From Vicugna vicugna (Eukaryota), in NCBI GenBank assembly GCA_013265495.1, contig MU058337.1, positions 3,838,880 through 3,902,879 of the forward strand: a DNA stretch of 64,000 bases, read 5' to 3'. Positions 1 through 13,496 of this stretch are shown here, one piece after another (position 1 is the first letter of the stretch; every line of letters begins with the position of its first letter). The position numbers were made by a program, and so were the translations under genes. The notes beneath the pieces are model-generated. The model ran no database searches. It worked only from the letters and a program-made list of their open reading frames with translations, and was not told the DNA's origin.

Positions 1-880
1 TGAGATTTTTCTCTTGAGTTTTATAGTTTCAGCTCTTAAATTTAAGTATGAACCATTTAAATTGAAGTTTTGAATATATTGTAAGGTCAGACTCATTATG
101 CATTTTTTTGCATATGGTTATCCAATCATTCCACCACCAGTTTTTGAAAAGATTATAATTTCCAAATTGAATTACTTCAGCATGTGTCAAAAATCAGTTG
201 ACCATGTATGTATCTGCAGGTCTGTCTACCTGGACTCTGTTCTGTTCCACTGATTTATTTGTTAATATCTACTCTAACACAGTAGTATCTTAGTTACTAT
301 AGCTATGTATGAGCCTTGACATAAGAGAGTGTAAGATTCCCAGCTTTAATTTTCTTATTTAAATATATTTTGGCTATTATAGGTCTCAAATATTTCTATC
401 TGAATTTCAGAAACAGCTTGCCAGTTTCTTCAAAAAAGTCTACTACAATTTTGACTGAGATTGCATTGAATCTGTAGATGATCTTGGGGAGCATAGACTT
501 CTTAATAATGTTGTGACCTAATAACCTTGTGATCCATGAACAAGATTCTATAAGATCTGCTCTGTAGACAGTCATGTCATCTGTGAATAATGGCAGTTTG
601 AATTTTTCCTTTACACTCTCCATGCATTTTATTTATTCTCTTTGCCTTACTGCATTGGTTAAAACTACCACTACACTATTAACAGAGGTGGAAGAAGTGG
701 ATATCCTTGCCTTATTTCAGAACTGAGGAATAGAATTCAGTCTTTCACTATTAAATATGATCGTAGCTGTAGATTTTTCGCAGATAAACTGTATCATTCT
801 CTTCTAACATCCTAGGAGTTTGTTTGGAACAGATGTTGGATTTTTTTTCAAGTATTTTCTTCCTTTTTCGTATGTATTGA
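1..880 (-). mobile_element. Old LINE-1 (L1M) ORF2 fragment, RT region, decayed and internally deleted
   Basis: ORF 396..623(-) contains LPLFTDDMTVY (L1 RT FADD motif) and LPKIIYRFNAISVKI..FFEETGKLFLKF, typical of L1 ORF2; the segment normally between these motifs is missing. Confidence 0.9.
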
Positions 881-889
881 GTTGACCAC

Positions 890-1160
890 ATTGGCCTTGC
901 TGGACTCCCAGACCCATCTTCTCAACTTGAAGAGTCCTAAGAGTTCCCACTGTGTCCCCCACCTGTACTATGGCCTGGAGACTCCCAGGAGGAGGCAGAG
1001 CCACTGCTGGGCTCACCTCCTTGTTTCCCCTCTCCAGGCTCACTGTTGCATGCTGCCTGATGTGCATTGTCTCAAATCTGCACCTTCATATACTTTTTCC
1101 TATTATTTAGCTGTTTCATGAGGGAGGATAAGTCCAGAAGCTATTCTTTCATCAAAGACA
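890..1160 (-). mobile_element. L1M 5'-end fragment (L1MC/MD-like)
   Basis: gggctcacctccttgtttcccctctccagg..tgctgcctgatgtgcattgtct..ttcatatactttt resembles the antisense of old L1M 5' ends; subfamily from memory. Confidence 0.55.
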
Positions 1161-1329
1161 AATATTGATGTCGTCCTGTCAATCTACACAGTCTTCTCTC
1201 TTGCCCGTCTCCAACTTGCAACTCTTTCTTCAGACCTAAAGAGCTACTCATGGATCTCCAAATGCTCTGTATCTTTTTAAATGATTTCTTCTGCCCCACC
1301 CCCCCATGCCCTTATCTTCACCTACATAA

Positions 1330-1578
1330 ACCCCTCATCCTGTAAGACAAAGTATAGCTGCTGTATCCTCCCAGGAAACCTCCCTGTCCTTCCATAAAAA
1401 TCAGGGTCCCTCCTGTATGTACCCCATTGCCTTGTGCTTATGACTGTCATATCAGCACCGACCTGCTTACCGCAGTGGATTGTGGCTATTTGAGAAGAAC
1501 CTCTGTCATAGTCTTCCCTGTTTTCCCAAAATCCAGTATGTAATAGGAATTGATAAGTTGAAAGAAGGAAGGAATGAT
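1330..1578 (+). mobile_element. L2 3' end
   Basis: cctcccaggaaacctccctg..gtccctcctgtatgtacccc followed by a gaaagaaggaaggaatga tail. Confidence 0.6.
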
Positions 1579-2949
1579 AATATGTAAGCCATTTCTCTGT
1601 CTGCTTTGGCATAGATCTGTTTGTATTTCACTATAGTTTCCCTGATACAATAGTTTTTAATATTTTAATCATAAATTAAGAAATATTTCAGTGAGAATTT
1701 GATAAATCTGAGTCTTTTTCTCTAGAAAATGAATTAATTTTAAATTCAATACATATTTTCTTATTTTTAAAGCTATTTTATATAAAATAACTATGGAAGA
1801 TACTTAAAAAATCATCCTGGGGTTTACTTGTGCTTATAGACAGTTCAACTTTATTGTGATAGAACAAGACATAAATAATAATGAAAGCAAGTCAAAAATA
1901 TTTATACAGTGAAGAAGAAAACCAACATCTTTGGATTTGTCTTTGACATTTAAATTTATAAGAGTTTGTGTGGTAGCCCTCCACAAAATTACTTTTGCCT
2001 CACTTTATTTTGATGCCAATGTGTCTTTAGACCCTGAAATATTCTTCAGTGTAGTCTGTATTAGTCTTTGGTAATAAAAACAATTTATACATCAAGGTGT
2101 ATTGCCCCCAATAGCGCACACAGATGGTAAATCAAGCTGAAGTATCTTTCTTAATGATCTCACCTCTAGACCTTTTATGGGTCAGTTATTTTTACTGTTG
2201 TTGTTGCATCTTTCTGAAAGTTATCCTGTTCATAGGGCCCCATCCCATAAAGAAGTAAACATGGCCATTCTCTGTAGCTCACTCAGTTCAGAAGTAGAAC
2301 AGCAAGACAAACTTACCTCGACCCTCATGTTAATTTTAGACATCAAATCCAATAATCCAGCTGTTTGTTTCAATATAAACTTTCACTATCATCCTAACAG
2401 ATCTATGAAGTAAGAGGAAATATTTCCCTCAGTCTCCCTGAAGAATCCTGCTTTCTAACATGGTCTTCATTGGCCCCGGAGTATACCCATACTTGTCAGG
2501 TCAGGTGTCTCATCCTTTATTCATGAGAAAGGATGCTACGGGTAGTCACTGATCATCTCTCCTGAAGTTCTAGTTTTACTTCACTATTTGAATTATTTAA
2601 CTCTATTGAAATGCCAACTTTTCCCCCTTCTGCTTAGTGTCCTCCTTATTTTTCTCAGGGTGAACAGAAAGGGAGGGAAAGCATAGCATTAAAACATTTT
2701 CAGAGCCATCCACTTCAACCACCTTATTTTAAAGAAAGGACAAGACCCAGAAGTTCTAAATTCACTGAAGTCTCACAAAGGTGAGAAAAGGAAGGTTTAA
2801 TAAAACGTATGCTTGACTTCTATTATTTTACACAGTCCTTATGGGAGTTAGGAAATAGCCCCTGTTTTCATGTTGACCTTTCTCTTCCTTCACTGGTGGG
2901 AGGTATCAGGCCCTAACGTGAAAGGCAGGGTGTTCACGGAGTCAGCTGA

Positions 2950-3110
2950 GGCCCTTGGTGCTCTACCCACACATCCTCACTTAATCCTCACAACAGCCCC
3001 GGGGCAGGTATGGAAGCTGGACTAAGAAGTAAAACAATTCACTCAGACTTAAGAAATGAGTATTATTCAAGGGTGAGAGTCAGCCCCCATCTGTCGGACT
3101 CTAAAGTCTT
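2950..3110 (-). mobile_element. MIR SINE fragment
   Basis: ctcacttaatcctcacaacagccc..tctgtcggactctaaagtc matches the antisense MIR pattern. Confidence 0.6.
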
Positions 3111-4363
3111 ACGAGCATACGATGATTTTCCCATGATGTCGTCTAAAATAACTGGAAATCTTGAATGAGGGAGAGAGAAGAGGTGGAGAAAGACATAGAT
3201 AGAGACAGACGGGAAAAGAGACAAGTGACCTTTATCATGGTGTTTATCCTTAGTTAATTTTTGTAATGTTTCTTTTCAGTGTCCGTTCCTCACACCAAAT
3301 TGAGCCTCCCCTGGGGAAAGATTGTTTTATGCAGCCTTGTATTGTTTTTGAAGCTCACAAGGCCTGGCACATAGTAATATTCAATATATGGCCATGGAAT
3401 TAATAAAATAGGTGTAAATATATATATAGATGTATTTTCAGAATTTCTACATATTTTTGACTTGGAATTAAAAATTGTATTAAATTTACATATCTTTTTA
3501 GGGAGGCAAAATCTTTCTATTTTTAGCAAACTGAAGAAATAAAAGTATATATGATCTTATTCATACATTTCTACTTTATAGTACAATAACCTGAGATAAA
3601 TTAGTATTCAGAAAAATTTCATAACATGTTATCTTTGCACTGGCAGACAGTTCTTTCTGAAAGCAAACCACCGTTCTTAGTCCAGGGTCACAGAACACTT
3701 CCTTTTGCCTCGATCACTGCTGCAAGCACGTGCTGCTGCCAGCCACCTTCCCCAGCACGCTTCTAACAGAGCAGTGGCCAGCCCGTCCAGAACGTCTCCC
3801 TGTTCTTCATGGTCTCACGCTTACTTTCCAATACACCTCCCTATTTATTGTGTGACTAACATGGATTTTAAATTGCAAACATAATTATACTTTTACAGCT
3901 TAGTGTTCTAATTCCAGAATCCCAGCCAAACTTTTTATTTCTTTGTGACTTGTGACTGGCTCAGGAATATGCAAACATCTGTGGGGAGCCAGTGACCCAT
4001 TTGTCCACTTAACAATATACTTGGCGGTAAATGTAATTGTAAATGCGGCTCTGCAGGTCAGTGTTCGAGGGAGGGAAATGCAGTCCTAATACAAGGCAAT
4101 GACATTCACTGTACAGCTATACCGATTACTCAAGTCTTCGTACATCCAAGGCTGTATCGTTGAGTTGAATATGTGTATAAGCAATTCAGAGAGGACTTAG
4201 AGATTTTAAATGTTCCTTCTCTTTCTGTGAAATTGACTTACACATGATTCTTAAATGGTTTTTGTATCCAGTTTGAAACTGAGAGCTTGTTCGGGGTCAA
4301 GTTCAGTTTGGTATTTCATGGTCCTGAAAAAGAAAATGAACTTTTGAAAAAAAGAATAGGATT

Positions 4364-4483
4364 CTAGTCTCCATTAATGGCAAGCAAATCACCAGCATGC
4401 ACAGGTTTTACATCAAATCTAAAAGATAAATTTAGTTGATGTGTTTTCCAGTTAAAGATGAGTTTTAACATGGACTGTGAGAC
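4364..4483 (+). repeat. Presumed donor copy of a 120-bp dispersed direct repeat (second copy 52162-52281)
   Basis: Manual ungapped alignment gives 112/120 identical bases. Confidence 0.95.
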
Positions 4484-6179
4484 GCTCTAGCATTTCACGA
4501 GGGCAAGTTTGTAATTGAGACACACACTATTTAAAACAGGTGGAGACCATGCATCGCTTCCCTTGGAAGCTTAATGTCATAGCAAATAATGAAATAGAAT
4601 TTATAAGGTAAATAAGGAAAAGCCACTCCAAATTAAGTCTTACAATCATTACTGTATAAGGCATATATGTAGTGCTTCTTGTTCTCCTAATAATTGCTAT
4701 CAGAGTTACATTGCTTCACAAATATCTTTTCCTCTATTATTAACGGTCTCATTTTATTGAAATATATCTAAGACTGGACAGTAAATCTGGATGTCAGGCA
4801 TACGTGGGGACAGTGCCAAAGTCTTGTGTGCATTATTTATGCAGGAGACACTTTAAAACAGTTTCAATCCAAACAAAAAATTTCATGTGTAGAGTAAAAC
4901 TGCTTCCTGTACCCATGACATCGATCACAGTGGTCTCTGGTATTTACTTCTTCAGCAGAGAAGCTAAAGAAACACATGCTAGGAATCTTAATGAGCCTTA
5001 GTCATGAGGAACACATGATAGGAATCTTAAGGTTAAGGAATCAGCAAGTTGTAGTAAAGCGATTGTCATCCTTCCCCGTATGCTTTGTAAAGTTGTGTTA
5101 AATGGAAGGGTGAACCAAAGACTCTAGAAATCCTGTTGGAAAGTGGACAGTAAGGGTGAGCTTTCTGGAGGTGAGCTGAGGTCAGAAGAACAGTGAACTG
5201 TAGTTTAGTAGAGAAAGGGAAAGTTCAGGAACTAGCTGAGAAGCCTGTTTAAAACTCTTGAAAACATCTGCTTCCAGGTACTGTGTTCTAGGCCACAGAG
5301 AATGGCTCTGTAATGCAGTTACCTGGGGCCACCTGTAAACTACCCATTTAAAAAGACGTTGCTGAGGGAATATTTTGAATGTCTGTAAATAATAAGAATT
5401 TCATCCTTTTAAAAAGACTTTAAAATGAAAAGGCAAATATTACTTGTCAGAAAAGCTTGGGTGGACTTTGTTCATTAGCCAAATGCCCAGCACTCCCCTT
5501 CCAAACTCTGCAAGTCTGTCACAGTTATGAGCCTTATGAACATAGGTGATTAATTGATTCCGATTTTTTTTATATACAAAAAACAAAAGAAGCATACATC
5601 TATGACCCTCAATATCCCTGTAACCGCCAGTGCATGCTGGGCACCATGGCCGCTGCAGCACCAGCCACAGCTGCCCTCACCTGTAGGACAAAGGTAAAGG
5701 GCATGTAACCCTGCAGCTGCCCCTCCGTCCCAGGCAAGAGGTTACGTGGTAGACAGATGGCAGGCCTTCCAAGAAATAGAAGACCTCATCTTTCCTGTCT
5801 CTTACATTCACCCCAGTACTGCTTTCTGCAATTTCACATTTCTTCTCTCCCTCCTAAACATTTGCACAGTGCCCTCTGGAATTTCTACTTAGTGAACAGC
5901 CACTTGACTACATCATTGACCCCTTTGCACAAAATTCCCTTCTTTTTTCATATTATATAGTAAGCCTATGTGTTTCAGAAGACAACATTTCCCTTTGGCA
6001 CCTACAAGTGGAGGTTTTTATTCTTTCCCTGAGGTCAGGAAGTAGGAACAGAGTCCTTACCTCCTTAATCCCTTGTGTTTTTTATCCCATTGCACTCACT
6101 TTGCAAAATTGTCTTTCTTGGAGCTCATGGCCGTCCTGCTCTGAGCTCTCCCAGGCTCCAGGATTGCAGGCTCCTTGCA

Positions 6180-8280
6180 ATCATCTACAGACCTTGAGGA
6201 CACTCTGTCTCATTCACTGATGACCCTTCCACCTGGCTCACACTCGTCCTGTACATAATTTCTCTGGCTGTGATTCTAGGTGCATCGGTATCTATATGAA
6301 GATACCCTTACAACTCTGGCTTTCAAGTTTAATGACTTCCTAGACTAAAATGTCCTTCTCTTTGTTCTATGGCAACCGCTCTCCCCCACCATCAATTCCT
6401 GAGCCATTTCTTACCTAAATCATGAATCAAAACATTCCACTTTCCCCACAACCTTTTATAGTTCTTACGTACCCAAGTGCCTTCACAAAACTGCTTCAGT
6501 CTCACTGAGCCCTCATTTTTGACCCTTCTGCTTCCTCTGTATCCAAAAACACCATCATCATCCCTTCCAGTTAGCCCATCACTTAAATCATGCATTTGTA
6601 AATGTTCCATATTGCTTTGCTTCATATTTTCTTTGCACCCACTTATCAAGCCCCCAGTTCTCCTTGTGGAAAGTATACAGCTGAGCAGACTGGTGTGATA
6701 ATACATTTAGAGTCATTACTCTCAACTATGCTTTTAATGCTGCCTCATAAATAGTTCTCTCTTCCCTTCTCCACAAAAACTTAAACACATACAGCTCCAA
6801 TCTCATCAAACCTCCAGCCTCCACATGTAGCCCTTGCCCAGGAGATACTGTATTGAGAATGTCAAGACATCTGCTGGGGATGGCCTCAACAGTCCATCAC
6901 CAGATCTACAGATCACCAGGGTCTACACCCAACTACTTCTCCAGTGGAGAAAGTGTTCCTCCCAGTAGAGCTCATTCTCTCTACAGGGGCTCCCTTCTGG
7001 AATCTTAGGCTGTCATTTATGTAGATTTTCTTACTGTATTGCTAACCTTCCCCTGTGTAGAGAATTCAGCCCTCCTCAGCATTAACATATGCCGTTTTCC
7101 CCCCAAAAAACAAAAAATAAAACAACAACAAGAAAAGATTTTCCTAGACATCACAGTCCACTCTAGCTGTTGCTTTCATTTTCTTTCCATCGTTATCCAG
7201 CTTATGAAAAGTTTGTTCTGTGTGCTGTTTATCTCATCTTGCTCTCCATGCTACTTTATCTCATTTATGGACCCATACCCTTAAAATAGGACTCCACCAC
7301 CACCATGCAACAAAATCTTTCTAAAGTCACTAGTGATCTCTGTTGCAACATCCAGTGAGCAACTTTTGTTCTTGTCAGCATTGTACAGAGCTCCCCCTTC
7401 CTATTTGGTAAAATATTCTCTTCTGTTGTCTCCCACGATGTATGACCTTGATATTCCTTGCTCCCCCAGACAGTTTCACAGTTTTGTCAGCTCTCCTCCT
7501 CCCCTCTCATCTTCCTTCTTCTTCTTCTTCTTCTAGATCTTAGAAAATTATACTTTCCCAGGATTGTTCCTGGACTTTCTCTTCTCTCAGAACACCATCT
7601 TTAGGGGTCATTTCACATACCCCTTTATGTACCATTGCATGAATTCAGCCCAGACCACTCTTCAGAACTCTGTGTTGGTTTACTCAGCTGCTTACATGCC
7701 ATCTCCGCTTGGATCTCTAAGCACATCAAACTTATCCAGCTCAAAACTGAAGATCTGGTATTTTTTCTAAATGATGATTCTTCCCCAATATATCTCACTG
7801 ATGCAGTAACACAAACCAGGAACTTTGAGGAAATTTTGTTTGTTCGTCTCTTCATTTTATCGCTGATTCCTATTGAGTTTACCTCCTATGTCTCTCTAAC
7901 CTGCCAACTTCTCTCCATTTCTATCATACATCCTGGTCCAGGCTATATTCTCCATTCAGCAAACAGGAGGGGCTATAGAAATACAATTCTAATAATGTCA
8001 CTGGTTCCAATAATTTCAAACCAATAATTTCATTGGTTCCCATTGTTCTTCAGACAAAATTCAGAGTTCAAATCTGGCTCCTGCCTACCTTTTTAGCAAA
8101 AAACCTGCCTTTCTTTTTGATCCCTGAACCACCAGGTTCCATCTTATTTCAAGGACTTCACATGTGATAATTCCTCTGCTTGGAACCATTTCCCTCTTCT
8201 CACTGCAATCCCCTCCTACCTATATGACTAATCTTACTCTTTTTAGTCTTCATTTAATGACATATCTTCCTTGTGTATAT
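6180..8280 (+). mobile_element. Long L2 LINE remnant
   Basis: About 2 kb of pyrimidine-rich L2-like sequence, e.g. gtgattctaggtg, ctctaagcacatcaaacttatccagctcaaaactgaa, ttcctctgcttggaaccatttccc. Confidence 0.75.
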
Positions 8281-8289
8281 ACCCCTAAG

Positions 8290-8700
8290 TAGGAGGGGAA
8301 TCAGCATCAACTTAGAAACCAGCAGGGGTGGTCCTTCCCTGTGTCCCCATACAATGGAGTTCTCCAGTCTGGCCCACCTGCTCTCTAAACCCTGCCCACG
8401 GAGTGAGGAATCCAAATGAGCCCCTGCCCAGCTGCCCTAGAGCCTGCTGCCAGGACTGCTGCCAAGCCATCCCCCACTCTAGAGGCTGGATTCACATCTC
8501 TGCTGTACTCACCCCTTGGGACAAGGGGCAGCTAAAAGAATCTGCTGTGTGCAGCATATGAGAAAGTAATGGAATGGCATTGAACTTTAGGGTATGGTAT
8601 CTCCATACCTATGTATGAAGTCCTTTGTGCACAGTAGAAGGAAGCTAGGTCAGAAGGAAAAAGCGTTGGTGCAGGCCAAGGGTGCCGTGTGGTCTCATCA
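8290..8700. mobile_element. Possible hAT-Tip100 (MER115-like) remnant
   Basis: GC-richer block; tgtatgaagtcctttgtgcacagtagaaggaagctagg..ggccaaggg loosely resembles MER115 as recalled. Confidence 0.3.
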
Positions 8701-11619
8701 GCAGGCCGCATGCTGGAGGGTGAGAGTGACCTGTAAGTGGACCGTCAAGTGGCTGAATTAAGCGGCATGGAACATGCCCTCCTCTCTAGTGTGAAATTAA
8801 AGAAATGTCCTAGAAAAGCATCTTTCATTCCTTCAAGCAGAACTTTTTACAGAAGGAAAAGAAGTTGAAAAATCCTCAATAGGGGCCAATAGTCCAGACT
8901 TAAAATATTTGGGACCAGGATAGACCAGTAGCAACAGAAAGGAGCTAGAGTGGGTAGATTTTCAGGACAATGAGATTAAAAAGATTGGTCTCAGCAAATG
9001 CTTAAATGTAAACAGAATGTACACCCCACGTTCAGGTAACTTAAAGTGCTATTTGCTGAATCATAAAGTACAATTCCTGTTTTACTGAGTGCTTTCTCAT
9101 TACACGTTATATTCCTTAAGTTAATCTAGTGGCTAGATTCTGTATTAACTCTCAGTTCTGCAGATGGCTTGGAGGCCTATAAACAATTACCCAAGTTGAG
9201 TCCTCTAGCACTGAATACATGGATTAATGTTTCAGCAAACTAATTAAGGTAGAAGAGTTTTCAGCTGAATGTTACCCTAGAGGATTTTAAAGTAAAAGTC
9301 AGAAAAACTCATCACAATTTTTGCTTATAAACTTATAGTCAAAAGCAACTTCAGGGTAGAAAATAGAGATCGAGTTAATATCCCCAAAGTAAATGTATCC
9401 CTACTGAGAACCATCATTACTCAGAAGATGGAGACTTTGAGGGTCCAGGCTATACTAGGACGATGAGCCACAAAAGCTGTGAATCACCAAATGGCCAGCT
9501 AGTTGCCTGGAAGAGAGTTGCAATCTCCAAAGTCACATCCAGGGAAGTGGTGATTAAAACAAGGAAAAGTTCTTGATGAAAATATGAAACCTGAGATGAC
9601 ACCAGACTTCTCATTATTGGAACCCTCAATCAATTCAGGATTCCAATGCATAAAAAATTCTATACTCCAAACACATTTCAAGGAGACCCAAGGGTTTTGA
9701 AAAAAGAAAACCTTAAATTGTAGAAGAAATCACCCTGTCAAGAGCTAAGAACAATGAAGCTAATAACAATTAGAATCACTGATGTTTGAGAAAGGTTGCA
9801 GAGGGTTATTCTATAAAAGCAAGTTCAAAACATCATTTAGAACATCAAGATGACTAGTGGTAATTATGCTTATGCCTTTGCTGTTGTGTTTAGATTATTT
9901 CATGTATAAAGTAGCTGTACTGCTATCATATATGTGCAATTTTTAAACAATGTCCTCTTTTTGCAACTAATATGACAAGTTTCATTCTAGTATTAAATCG
10001 GATTTAGGAACATTACCCCCATCCCTTCTGATGGTATCTCTTAGTGATTCACCTACACACATTCCAACTGTTACTTTCTCTTGAGCTGGTCTGTCTACAT
10101 GCCGTCATGTCTGCAGTGACCAATAACAGTGCATTTATATTTTTGATTAAGTTTCATTATCATGGAGACCCACCACAACTGATGACTTCAGTCAAATTTA
10201 GGATTAAAATATTCTAGAGTAGATCTATTGTCATGTGTAGGCTAATATCATAAATACTGTTTGCAGGGAGTGGTGTGTAATATTTCATCTAACTGAATGA
10301 AGTCAGTCAGCCTACCTAAATGGTATCCCATTAGAACCTGTGAAACGTGTGCCTCCATGGGTGGTGGCCTCCTGTTCTCTTACTAGACTCCAGTGCAGTG
10401 TGATTCTTAACACCATCTACCCCATGTCTGTCAACTAAACTGCAGCAGATGTGGCCCTAATCTCTCCCATGTGGAGGCAAATAGCATTTTATAAGTGTAC
10501 TGAGGACTCGTGCATCTTATGCAACAGCACCTGGAAACTTTAATTTTCTCCACACAAAATACATGCAATATGGGTGTGAAATTATGGAAGGTTGTATTAA
10601 ATCTCCAATTCTGGCACCTCATTAAACACTTTGCAGTGTATCCTCCACTTTAAAAAAGCAGACCACATGCATGAACGTGTATGCATGTGCACATGATCCT
10701 AAAATGTCCTGATGGATATTCATATGGAATTCCTCCTAATTTTAGTCACTTCAGTCTGAGACTACATTAGACAAGAGAAAAATGAATTGTGAGGTTAGGG
10801 TGAAAGATTTCACAGTATAATAAATACTCCTGTAATCAGAGGTCTTAGCAAGAATGATGCCACTTGTTTGCAATCTTGAATTCCAAAAGTGACTTCTTAT
10901 TCTGAGAGAAAGGTCATAGTAACCCTTTGAAAATGCTTGTTCTCAACTAGCAGAGGCCAGCTCAACACATTTTTAACAAAATGAATCAGGGCCAAATGTA
11001 TTGTCAAATTAATACCAGTTTCTTGTTAATGGAGCATAGACGGTGAAAATAGCACAATGAAGTTAAAGCAAATGTATTTGTAACCTTTGATGATTCTGCT
11101 CTTGTGCTTGATCGGAGAACAAGAATGAATGGAAATAACGCTGATGATTTTTCCCACCATTCTGCTCAATAAGTGCCCATCTTGAGTGAAGGTGAGAAGG
11201 GAGATCGAACCTGTTAATGCTGCAGTGGATCCTCCTTCTGCCTCTTAAATCATGATCAGTTTGCCCTTCTAAGGTCCCTCCATGCAAGTCAATCACTCAA
11301 CTGAAGAAAAGGGATTTGGTGTAATTTTGGAGGAAAAACTGGTAAAACCTTCTCCTATATTACACCTTCCTGAGAGATCTTTAATGGTAATTTTGTCTGT
11401 ATGCGTTTTTTACTTGAAGCATTGATTTTTAAAACAGTCTTCATGGAAAATGAGATCCACTTTGTAAAGATCCAATATAGCAGTACAGCTGGTTTATTAT
11501 GATCTGGGTGACAACTGAATTCCTAGCACAAGAAAAAGAAAGGTTGAACATTCAGCCCCTTAAAGCTTCAACATGTTTTCTGAATGATCTAAATGGACTG
11601 ATGATATGGTTTTTGTATT

Positions 11620-12195
11620 TTCATTAGATTTTTAAATCATAAAAGTAATACATGCTTAGCTTCAAAAACCTAGAAATCACAAAAAGCTTACACAGACACA
11701 GAATCAAAAATGTTACCATTTTTTGTAAGTCTGTTTCCAATATGATAATGTACTACACATATTACTGTATATATTGACCTTTTTCAAACAATAATATAAC
11801 TTGAAAATTTGCTATCAGGAATATTTATCTTCAGTGTGATTTTCAACAACTCCCAATTGGTACATCTTAAGGACGCACTTAACCAATTTCCTGTTGTGCT
11901 CTAGGGTGTTAGTATTTCCATAATTTTATTTTAAATGATGAAATAAAGTCATATATTGACACCTCTTTAAAAATAAAATTTTAAAAAGGAAAAAACACTC
12001 TGGTATTTCTTTAGGGCAAATTCTGGCAGTGAACTTGCTGGTTCACAGGGAATGGACATCACTTAGTCTGTTGATGTTTGCATTCCAGTGCCTTCCAGAG
12101 AGATTGTACTCATATCAGCAGTTTGAGTGTCCCTTTTCTACCATCCCCTTCAATCAGGGGCATTCTATTTATTTTAAATCATTGTCCATTGGATA
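11620..12195 (-). mobile_element. L1ME-type 3' end
   Basis: aaaagtaatacatgc..gtgaacttgctggttcacaggg..gccttccagagagattgtac matches an antisense old L1 3' region. Confidence 0.7.
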
Positions 12196-12256
12196 GTCTG
12201 CCATAACTAGGAGGGTCCTGACCACATGACTTCAGAAAGACAATCAGTTTTAACCT

Positions 12257-12685
12257 TGTATTAGTCAAATAAGTTAACTGGTAAAACAAAAATACCAAAA
12301 TCTCAGTGACTTCGCATAAAAAAAGTTTATCTCTTGCTGACACACCAGTTTGGTGCATGTGTTAGGTGAGCAACCAACCACACAGTTATTCAGGGACCAC
12401 AGCTCTGTCCCTCTTTCTGTCTTGTAATGTCACCATCCAGTAGGGCACTCTCAGCCTTGGCTGGATCCTCTGCAGTGGCCAGCACTCATGGGAGGAGACA
12501 ACTCATACATGGGACAGTTTTATGGGCAAGGCCAGGAAATAACCAAACACACTGGCTCAATATTCCATTATGCAGAACCTAGTCTCAGGAGCACACTCAG
12601 CTTCAAAGAAGCTTCAGACATGGTCTAGTTGTGTGGCCTGGAAGAAAGACAGTATATTTGGCCGGTCTCTAACCATCTCTGTCAC
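12257..12685 (-). mobile_element. MaLR solo LTR (MLT1J/K-like)
   Basis: tgtattagtc..caaaatctcagtgactt..ccattatgcagaacctagtc..tctctgtcaca, with TG...CA ends. Confidence 0.75.
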
Positions 12686-13496
12686 AAATATTAATATTTG
12701 CTTTTGTATACATCTAATTGGAGAGTTAGGTTTTTAAAAAGAGAATTTAGTCCGTTCACTGTGAGTTAGGGTAATCACTGATACACATGCGATTGTATGC
12801 CTTCCACTCTATGTTTATGTTCCATTACTTTCTTGCACGCATTTCCCCTTTATTTCTGTTGGTCAGATGACACTGTTACCTTTTCCCCTTTATTAAGCTG
12901 AAACTGCTGCTATACTTTTCTATCTCAGTAATGGTTGCTGTAGTGTTAACAGGATTCATACAGTTGCCCCTGAACACATAACCTGTATTTCTCCACAATG
13001 GCTTTTGAAATACCCACTTCAAAACTTCTCCTCCCTGATACCGTATCTTTTATGATAAGAGTTTTCGCTCTGTCTTCCTCCCTCCCCTCTCCATTCAGGC
13101 CTTTATCTCCTCCTTATCACTACTTCCTTCTACTCCTAGATTTCAATGAAAATGTCTAGAAATTATCAGCATTTCTATGAAAGAATGAACCTTCTATTTC
13201 AAGAGTTATTATGCTAAATATTATAAGCTTTTGTATTCTAGCTATATTATAGAGTGATGATGAATAAATGAAGAGACCATCATGAGGTATCTGGCCAATT
13301 TTTATGTTAATGTCATTTTTTTAGTCCTTTCCTCAAATTAGGTAGGAGAGTGATGACACTTGGCTAAAAACAGAGTTTTTCCTTTGTAGTCCTCTTCTCT
13401 GAAACTGTATATTCCATACCACTTCTTGTAGCTTCTAGTCTTACAGATGAAGAATGTATGCTCTTTTCTCCTCTGTGGGAACTTGTTCTTTTTGTC

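Noticed and set aside
396..623. ORF with a reverse-transcriptase-like FTDD motif
   Set aside because: Decayed, internally deleted L1 ORF2 relic; not a functional RT or a novel retroelement.
4971..5030. CRISPR-like repeat-spacer-repeat
   Set aside because: Only two repeats, mammalian context and no cas genes.
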